From sequence record NZ_CP072388.1: a stretch of DNA of 64,000 nt; one strand, 5' to 3'. This document shows positions 57,481 to 64,000 of the stretch, piece by piece. The translations under genes were made by a program, and so were the position numbers. Position 1 is the stretch's first letter. Each line of letters opens with the position of its first letter. This stretch comes from a plasmid. The notes beneath the pieces are model-generated. The model was not told where the DNA came from. It searched no databases and saw only the letters and a program-made list of their open reading frames with translations.

Positions 57481-58773
57481 ATGTCAGGATGAGTCGTCAA
57501 ACGACTGACAGCACGCATGGCTAGCCACCGAGTGAGCCGATATGCAGTTGTCGACGAGGGCCGGGTCAGTTGCAGCTGCCCGGCTCTTCGTCTGTCCGGC
57601 GGGACCTCGAAGGAGACCGGTGGAACTTCGTATGTGTAAGCCTGTCGGTGGCCCCTAGCGGACGGCTACACAGTACTTGAGTGAGCCCACCGGCTGAATG
57701 GCGTGACACCACGCTTTCGATATCGGATACGGCGTTCGACTGGTCGGAAGTGAGTGATCGTCTGCCGGGTGCCTCGCTCGGTACGTAGGTGAGCTGTCGC
57801 CCGTGGTGCACGAGGTGGTCGTCGTAGATGTGCACTTCACCCCGCCGGCCCGCACGAAGTCGCCAGGCCTAAAGGCTGGGGTGCGCTGTGACGATGCCGA
57901 GGGGCGCGTGTACGGAGCGCTGTTGAACGGCACGCCGCGGAACAGGTCGGCTGTGCGGTGGTAGTGCTGGCAGCGTCGGCGGGGATGTTGCGGATCTGCC
58001 CGATCACTCGCGCAAGGTGGTCGACGTGGCGGCCGTCCGGCATCGGCCACGAGGCCGCGGGCGGCTGCAGGCCGAGATGAGCTCGCAGGCGGCGTCCGCT
58101 CACTCGTCCCAGAAGCTCACGCCGCGCTCCTGCAGCCAGCACACACCACCTGACTCACCACGCAGGAACCACATCAGCTCGTGCGGCAGGGAGACTCCGG
58201 GTGCACGAGTTCGGCGTCTGTGTCGGAGCGCCCCGACATAGTTCGTCAGAGTCCCAACTAGGAGGCGCAGCAGTGATTGTCCATGGCACCTACCAAGCCG
58301 TGCCACAGCCCGGGCAGCCTGCGGACGGGCCCGTGCGCGAGGCCACCGTCGAGGCTGCCACCTACGAGGTGGCTCGTGCCATGCTCGACGAGCAGGTGCA
58401 GGACGGCGAACGACTCATCGGAATCCGGGTCGAGGGCCGCGCCGACGAGCACCCGTAGGCGCGGCCGCGTCAGCGCCGCTCGACGGCGTCGGCCCACAGC
58501 CAGGCCCAGCCCTCGCGTCCGGCCGGGGACACGTACCTGATGTGGACCTGGCGACCGGCCCATGCGATGGCCTCGCCGTCGACGTGCGCCTCGCCGCTCT
58601 GGCGCTGGGTAATCCATGCCCGCACGGGGATGCCCTCCGGCGGCCGCACGATCGGCACGCCGCGGCGCGCGAGCTCGGGCGCCTCCTCGGCGTGGTCGCG
58701 CAGCGGCACCGTCTCGATGCCGGACGGCCACCCGCCCACCGGTGGACGTCGACGAGATCCCACCCCCCAACGT

Positions 58774-58790
58774 TAGAACATATGTTCGAG
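58774..58790. promoter_or_regulatory. LexA/SOS box-like palindrome tAGAACATATGTTCGAg
   Basis: Perfect GAACATATGTTC dyad. Matches actinobacterial SOS box TCGAAC-N4-GTTCGA in all but one arm base. ~20 nt upstream of the ImuA/SulA-like ORF. Confidence 0.5.
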
Positions 58791-58810
58791 TCAGGCCGCA
58801 TACTGGGAGG

Positions 58811-59518
58811 GTGAGTGCGACCGCCGCGGACGCGTTGGAGGTGGCTCGCGCGGCCTTGCACCGTGCCGAGCTGCGCACCGGCGTGCGCACCCTGCGCCCG
58901 GCCGTCGTCGACGTCGACGACACGCCCCGGCCCCTTGGCGCGCTGTTCGACGAGGGGCGCCTGCCCGCCGGGGCGGCGAGCGTCGTGGCCGGGTCGACGA
59001 GCCTGCTCCTGGCCCTGCTCGCGATGTCGCAGGGGCCGGCGGACTGGGTCGCGTTCGTCGGCATGCCCGACCTCGGGGTGCTCGCCGCGGCCGACGCCGG
59101 CGTCGACCTTGACCGGGTCGCGCTCGTGCCGCGCGTGGGGCACGACGGCGCGACCGTGCTCGCCGCGCTGCTCGACGGCTTCGCATACGTCGCGGTCGGG
59201 CCGGGCGTCGCGCTGACAGCGGCCGAGCGCCGGCGCCTGCTCGCCCGCGCCCGAGAGCGCGGCGCGGGGCTGGTGACCACGCGCCCGTGGGAGCAGGCCG
59301 CCGTGCGGCTCGAGGTGGCCGCGCACCGCTGGTCCGGCGTCGACCGGGGCGGGCGGTACCTGCGCCGCTGCGAGCTCGACGTCGAACGCACCACCCGCGG
59401 CGCCACCGACCGGTGGACCCTGACCCTGCCCACACCCGCCGGCCCGCTCGTCGACGCGATCGCGGGGGAGGCCCGACCCGCCCGCGCGCAGCGCGGCGCG
59501 CTGCGCCTCGTCAGCTAG
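58811..59518 (+). CDS. ImuA/SulA-family (RecA-fold) SOS-associated protein; start uncertain, possibly leaderless
   Basis: SLLLALLAMSQGPADWVAFVGMPDLGVLAAADAGVDLDRVALV resembles the ImuA/SulA core (RW.LWI.PP...AA.GVDL.R.L.V). Confidence 0.45.
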   Translation: MSATAADALEVARAALHRAELRTGVRTLRPAVVDVDDTPRPLGALFDEGRLPAGAASVVAGSTSLLLALLAMSQGPADWVAFVGMPDLGVLAAADAGVDLDRVALVPRVGHDGATVLAALLDGFAYVAVGPGVALTAAERRRLLARARERGAGLVTTRPWEQAAVRLEVAAHRWSGVDRGGRYLRRCELDVERTTRGATDRWTLTLPTPAGPLVDAIAGEARPARAQRGALRLVS

Positions 59519-59530
59519 AGCGGACGCGCG

Positions 59531-60181
59531 TCAGGCGGTGGTGTCGACGACGAGGGTGCCGGGGTGGGCGGCCGCGTACGCCTCGGCTGCGCCGACCGCA
59601 GCAGCCTTGCTGCCGTTGATGACCCGCTGGAAGTCGGTCACCAGCTTGTTCGGCATGGTGGTGTACCCCGTCACCCGCATGCTGGTGGCGTCGACCTGCC
59701 CCGCCGGGATGATGACGATGACACGGAGGCCGGCTGCGTCGAACGCGACGGCGACCTCGGTCAGCTGGTCACCCTGGGCAAACACGGCCTCCACGTCGGA
59801 GGGGGCACCGTCGATGGCGTGGGCGTCGGCGACCGCGACCTCCGGGGCCGTGCCGTCGACGACGACGCCGGTGCCGTCACCGTTCGGCGAGACATACACG
59901 CGCGCGCCCGCTGCACGGGCGGCGTCGACCAGGTCGGCCGGGACCGTCTCGCCGACGCCGGTGGGCACGACCGGCTCCGGGGCGGGCGGCTCGGTCGGCT
60001 CTGGCGACGCGGCGGGCGTGGCCTCCGCCGTCGCGGTGGGGCTCGAGGTAGCCGCCGGCTCGCCGGCGTCGGTCTCGCCCGGCCCGAGGACCAGAACTGC
60101 GGCGGCGCCTGCGGCGAGGACGCTGGCGGCGACGAGAGTGGCGGTGCGGGCACGGGCGCGGCGGGTGTTCGTGGTGCTCAT
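59531..60181 (-). CDS. Secreted hypothetical protein (signal peptide, Pro/Thr/Ala-rich linker)
   Basis: N-terminal RRARARTATLVAASVLAAGAAAVLVLG signal-like segment. 216 aa. Confidence 0.5.
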   Translation of the reverse strand: MSTTNTRRARARTATLVAASVLAAGAAAVLVLGPGETDAGEPAATSSPTATAEATPAASPEPTEPPAPEPVVPTGVGETVPADLVDAARAAGARVYVSPNGDGTGVVVDGTAPEVAVADAHAIDGAPSDVEAVFAQGDQLTEVAVAFDAAGLRVIVIIPAGQVDATSMRVTGYTTMPNKLVTDFQRVINGSKAAAVGAAEAYAAAHPGTLVVDTTA

Positions 60182-60278
60182 CGGCGCTACCTATGCGCTG
60201 AGCAGCAGGAACACGCGGGCCCCGGACCCCGCGGCCTGGTGGGCGGCGAGCTCGCCGGGGCGTTCGTACGCTCCGAGC

Positions 60279-60605
60279 ATGCCGCGCACGCTCACGCCCG
60301 CGGAGCTCGCTGCGGAGGTTGGTGTGTCGCCGTCCGCCGTGCGGTACTGGCTGCGCCACAACGTCCCGCGCGCAGCGTCCGGGGCCTGGCATATCGACGC
60401 CGACACCGCAGCGCGCGCCCGGGCGCACTTCGCTGCGACGCAGCCTGCGCGTGCACGCACCCGCGACGTCTGCCTTGTCGCGGGATGCGGACGGATGTCC
60501 GCGGCCCGGGGGATGTGCCGGATGCACTACCAGCGGTGGTACCGAACGGGGACCGCTGCGAACACGGACACCGGCTCACAGACCGGCCCGTCGGCTGCGG
60601 GCTAG
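60279..60605 (+). CDS. HTH + HNH-type zinc-ribbon DNA-binding protein (paralog of 14233-14703)
   Basis: LTPAELAAEVGVSPSAVRYWL HTH. CLVAGCGRMSAARGMCRMHYQRWYRTG. Confidence 0.5.
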   Translation: MPRTLTPAELAAEVGVSPSAVRYWLRHNVPRAASGAWHIDADTAARARAHFAATQPARARTRDVCLVAGCGRMSAARGMCRMHYQRWYRTGTAANTDTGSQTGPSAAG

Positions 60606-60614
60606 GGTCGACGG

Positions 60615-61292
60615 GTGGTGATGCGACGTGTCCGGCCGATGGACTGGGGCGCCGTCGCATGGACGCTGTCCTGGTCGTTCAACCTTGCTCGAGGTTCTGG
60701 TTCACGGCGGGTGCTCGCGGTCGCGGCGTGGCCGATCTGGGTCGTAACGGTGATGTTGCTACCGGGCTTCGTTCACGCCGACCGGAAGGTCGTTGCCCGG
60801 CTGACGCGCCGCACGACTGGCGCCATGCTGTTCGGGCTCGCCCGGGTGCTCGCGTTCGCGGTCCTGGTCGGCGTCCCGGGCGGGGTCGTGCTCGGGTGGG
60901 TCTTCACGCTGGTGCCCTGGTGGCTCAGTGTGCCGCTCCTGCTGGCTGTCGCCGGGTGGGCGGGAACGGGCGCGGTCGTGGTCCTCGCGGTCCTGATGTC
61001 GCGCCTCGAGCACGTCCAGCGCGTGGAGACCGCGGCACGTCGCGCGCAGCCTTCCGCCCAGCGCAAGGCTGACCGTGCTGCGCGGCGGCGCGCCGATTGG
61101 GCGATGGACAGCGTCGCCTCTCGGCTCCCGCGCGGCGGCCTCGCCCTGGTCGGTGAGCACGCGCGCCGTACCGTGCCGTCCGGGCAGACCATCACGGCTG
61201 AGGCTGCGACGGACCAGCACGTCGCGGTGTACCGCAGATACGGGTTCGTGCCGCTGGCCACCGCGCCCTTCAAGATGCTTGCCACCGTGTAG
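60615..61292 (+). CDS. Hypothetical membrane protein (4 TM) with cytoplasmic tail
   Basis: Hydrophobic helices then a charged tail. Immediately follows the zinc-ribbon gene. Confidence 0.4.
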   Translation: MVMRRVRPMDWGAVAWTLSWSFNLARGSGSRRVLAVAAWPIWVVTVMLLPGFVHADRKVVARLTRRTTGAMLFGLARVLAFAVLVGVPGGVVLGWVFTLVPWWLSVPLLLAVAGWAGTGAVVVLAVLMSRLEHVQRVETAARRAQPSAQRKADRAARRRADWAMDSVASRLPRGGLALVGEHARRTVPSGQTITAEAATDQHVAVYRRYGFVPLATAPFKMLATV

Positions 61293-61647
61293 CAACTGGT
61301 TCCAGACCGTTCCCGGTGGCACCCCCGTCGCGAGCGGCCATGGCCAGCGAGCGCGAGGGAGGACCACCGGGTCGCTCGTGCAACGCTCCAGCGACGCTCG
61401 AAGCGGACAAAGGTGACATAAGGTCTATTATCGGCGTGAAACCAGTGCGCGTTGCATCTGATGCCCGAACTCGCACCGCGGTGCCGTCACGGCGTCTTCG
61501 CAGGCCAGACGGCTCGTCGGTCGCCCCCATGCCCGCATCTCCACCCAGAGCCTTCTCGCGGATCCGCTGGTCACGCAGGTTTCGTGCATCGGATGCACGA
61601 TTCCGCGGAAAGGCGACGGGCCGCCCGGCACGCAGAGCCGTGGTGGC

Positions 61648-62196
61648 TCAGGCGCCCGTAGCCGTCCTCTGATAGAGGCTCGAGGCAAGGAGGCGCGATC
61701 CGTCTGGAGCAGCAACGACCACGTCCCGCACGTGGACGAAGCCCTCGCGCTCGTAGAAGCCGCGCAGTCCGGGGTTGTGGGCGGCACAGTCCAGACGGAC
61801 CAGCGGCCGGCCCCGTTTCACGGCCTGGTCTCGCGCCCACTGCAGCAGGCGACGGCCCAGACCGGCGCCGCGCCGATGCTGGGCGACCGCAAGCCGGTGC
61901 ACATACACCGCAGGCTCGTCGTCATCGCCCCATGTCTCGCGATCGGATTCGCAGAGCACGATCATCGCAGCAAGCTTCGAACCGTCGCGCACGACGTAGA
62001 GGTCGCCCCTGTCAACGTCGGCCCTGATCACTGCGTCGGGGATGTCGTCCTGCCACTGATCGATCGACCGCGCATCCAGCCACTTTCGCGCGGCGTCGAT
62101 CAGGCCTTGCGCGGCCGCGATGTCGTCGGCGTTTCCCACCTCGACCTGCAGCACTTCGTCCCTCACAGTCTGGAGGCTAGCAACGCGCGCGAGCAT
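61648..62196 (-). CDS. GNAT family N-acetyltransferase
   Basis: VHRLAVAQHRRGAGLGRRLLQWARDQA acetyl-CoA-binding motif. Confidence 0.75.
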   Translation of the reverse strand: MLARVASLQTVRDEVLQVEVGNADDIAAAQGLIDAARKWLDARSIDQWQDDIPDAVIRADVDRGDLYVVRDGSKLAAMIVLCESDRETWGDDDEPAVYVHRLAVAQHRRGAGLGRRLLQWARDQAVKRGRPLVRLDCAAHNPGLRGFYEREGFVHVRDVVVAAPDGSRLLASSLYQRTATGA

Positions 62197-62397
62197 CCTG
62201 GTTCGAGCGGCAACGCTGGCTCATAGTCAGGTCGATGAGGGCCAGCAGCTCCCGCGACGGTGTCCATCTGCAGCAGCTCTGCGGGACGGCCCGTAGCGCG
62301 CCCTCGAGCAGACCACCGGAAGCGTGCTAGTGTCCAGGCATCACGATCAGCCCGTTGCCCTATGGCGGCGGGCTGATTTTCTTGTCTCTGGAGGCTC

Positions 62398-63408
62398 ATG
62401 GGTGAGTACACCAAGCCATGGCTCTCGCTCGACGACCAGCTAGAGAGGCTTGCGAGCCGTGGGGTCGCCGTCGACCCGCGTGATCGCGCTTCGGCTTGCT
62501 TGAGAGCTGTCGGCTACTACCGGCTCACGGGTTACCTGTACCCATTCCGCTGTTCGGAACAGGTCAAGGACGCGGACGGCAAGGTCCGGACGCGCGTCCT
62601 CAGCGGCTACCGCCCTGACACGTCCATCGCACATATCGCGCGAGTGATCGACTTCGATCGACAGTTGCGCATGCTTGTCATGGACGGCGTCGAGCGCATC
62701 GAAGTCGCCCTGCGCATGCAGGCCGGGTACGTCCTCGGCCGCCGGTCTCCGTTCGCGCATCTCAACCCCGCCACCTTCCTGACCTCGTTCGTCGAGCATC
62801 AGGTGGACGGCGAGACTGGGTGGAAGACGCAGCCGAGCAAGCACGCGCAGTGGTTACAGCGTGTCGCCCAGCGCCGCGCCAGTTCCGACGAGACGTTCGT
62901 CGCCCACTTCCGTGACGAGTACGACGGACAAATGCCGATTTGGGCGCTCACCGAGATTCTTGAGCTTGGTCAGCTCGCAACCCTGTACCGCGGCCTAAAC
63001 GAGGACGACGCTCAGGAGATCGCCGAGGCCTTCGCTGTCCCGACCAAGAAACTGATGGCGAGCTGGCTAGCGAGCCTGAACTATGTACGCAACGTGGCTG
63101 CGCATCACGCGCGCCTCTTCAACCGCAAGCTCCAGAACGCGCCGGCGCGACCGCGATTGGGGCTTGTGCCGCTGCTCGACCATCTGCGCGACGAGGACAC
63201 GCCCAAGGGCGCCTTCGGGGTGTACAACGCGCTGGCCGTGATCGCCTACATGCTGCGATCCGTTGACCGCAGTTCGGACTGGTGTCACCGGCTCGTCGAA
63301 CTGTGTGGCACCTTCCCCTCGTCGCCGGACCTCACGCTTGGGGCGCTGGGCGGCCCGCGAGAATGGACGTCGCTCAACCTGTGGGAACAGACTGGCGAAC
63401 TGCAATGA
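62398..63408 (+). CDS. Abi-like (Abi_2 / AbiD-AbiF family) abortive-infection protein
   Basis: N-terminal LSLDDQLERL...GYYRLTGYLYPF motif characteristic of Abi_2. 336 aa. Confidence 0.7.
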   Translation: MGEYTKPWLSLDDQLERLASRGVAVDPRDRASACLRAVGYYRLTGYLYPFRCSEQVKDADGKVRTRVLSGYRPDTSIAHIARVIDFDRQLRMLVMDGVERIEVALRMQAGYVLGRRSPFAHLNPATFLTSFVEHQVDGETGWKTQPSKHAQWLQRVAQRRASSDETFVAHFRDEYDGQMPIWALTEILELGQLATLYRGLNEDDAQEIAEAFAVPTKKLMASWLASLNYVRNVAAHHARLFNRKLQNAPARPRLGLVPLLDHLRDEDTPKGAFGVYNALAVIAYMLRSVDRSSDWCHRLVELCGTFPSSPDLTLGALGGPREWTSLNLWEQTGELQ

Positions 63409-64000
63409 AGTTCTGACGGCGGCGCCCCGACCACTCGCCGGGGCGCCGCCCTTCATCAGACTCGCTGGGCCATGGTGCCGCCAGGGTCCCGGCGGGCCTG
63501 GTCCTTCGAGACGAACTGCCCCGAACCTCCGTCGCGGTAGACGGTGCGGCGGTTACTGGTGCCGCTGCCGACCCGTTCAGTGACCGTCTTGCTGGGCCAA
63601 CGTGCGGCAGCCGCGTTCGAACGGAACTGGCCGGTGACGGTGCTGCGCTTGATCGAGCGACCCATGGGTTCGCTCCCTTCTGGGCCTGCGGCCCGGTCAT
63701 GAAGTTCCCGGAACCGAGCCGCCCAGATCTTCCGCGTGGGAAGCAGACCTGGTTACTCTCGTGGTTCACCGCCCAGTGAGCCGCGAGAGCCCGGATCGGC
63801 ATGAGCCCGATCTGGGCTCTCCGTGCTTCAACGAGAGTCTTGCAGGTCACACCGACACGGCGCCACAAGATGTCGCTTCGTGTCGCGGTGAGCGCCCTAC
63901 ATGTTGTGGTTGCGGTCCGCTGGCTGCCCGAGGACGCCGCCGCGCATCTACACCCGACCGCATGGCCACTGCAGATCCGGGCGACGCTCTGGGCATCAGA

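Noticed and set aside
57064-58270. Several 60-130 aa ORFs in the lower-GC stretch (e.g. 57123-57314, 57566-57835, 57655-58050, 58017-58241)
   Set aside because: No RBS, mutually overlapping in different frames, low-complexity translations. Region treated as non-coding or degraded.
58273-58763. Convergent small ORFs (61 aa at 58273-58458; 97 aa at 58470-58763)
   Set aside because: Some coding-like character and a GGAGG before the first, but no recognisable motifs. Not annotated as features.
1-64000. Searched by eye for tRNA-like cloverleaf sequences (GTTCGAATC T-loop) next to the integrase genes, for rRNA, and for CRISPR repeat-spacer arrays
   Set aside because: None found. An attB tRNA may lie outside the window.

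Overview
High-GC (actinobacterial-type) mosaic accessory region, densely packed with metal and metalloid resistance modules and mobile elements. No rRNA, tRNA or CRISPR array was recognised by eye. Order of content:

- (1) 3' end of a P1B-type heavy-metal ATPase, a cupin and a quinone oxidoreductase.
- (2) A ~9.5 kb Tn5053/Tn402-family transposon (tniA-tniB-tniQ-res-tniR, 25-bp terminal IRs at 2621 and 12118). It carries merR, merA, merB and a second flavoprotein disulfide reductase, and sits with its inner end next to the res-like site of a foreign serine-resolvase gene.
- (3) A resolvase-coupled cargo of uncharacterised proteins: a 391-aa possible PD-(D/E)xK-like protein, a small HTH protein and an HTH/zinc-ribbon protein.
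- (4) A truncated DUF326 Cys-rich copper protein.
- (5) An IS5-family (IS427-group-like) element with two-frame OrfA/OrfB, 1252 bp including CTAG ends, inserted at the stop codon of a DUF305 gene.
- (6) A copper cluster: two DUF305 genes, a DUF6153-like gene, a BNR/Asp-box lipoprotein, an NlpC/P60 peptidase, a CsoR-type palindrome, a CopB-type (CPH motif, His-rich N-terminus) P1B-3 ATPase and a translationally coupled Cys-rich protein.
- (7) A tightly overlapping minus-strand operon of unknown function: small protein, HATPase_c anti-sigma-like kinase, DUF2795 plus triple zinc-ribbon protein, HelD-like helicase and a MerR-family regulator, followed by two hypotheticals. A second MerR paralog is coupled to prfC.
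- (8) Housekeeping-like genes: prfC, an MFS transporter, a SulP permease and rnj.
- (9) arsR, a flavin monooxygenase and an ArsN-like GNAT.
- (10) pstSCAB with PHO box, followed by an atypical OmpR-type regulator and three ATAGA-N6-TCTAT palindromes.
- (11) A large ars cluster: two ArsR-ArsC fusions, arsR, arsC, acr3, trxA and trxB. It continues with DUF2180, an MFS transporter, an ArsO-like flavoprotein and arsR, and a recurring TATCGA(A/T)G promoter motif.
- (12) Two overlapping tyrosine recombinases (Tn554 TnpA/TnpB-like) abutting a 5'-truncated ATP-dependent DNA ligase gene.
- (13) An SOS box upstream of an ImuA/SulA-family gene, HTH/zinc-ribbon paralogs, a GNAT and an Abi_2 abortive-infection gene.

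All calls are from reading the six-frame translations and the raw sequence. No database search was run.
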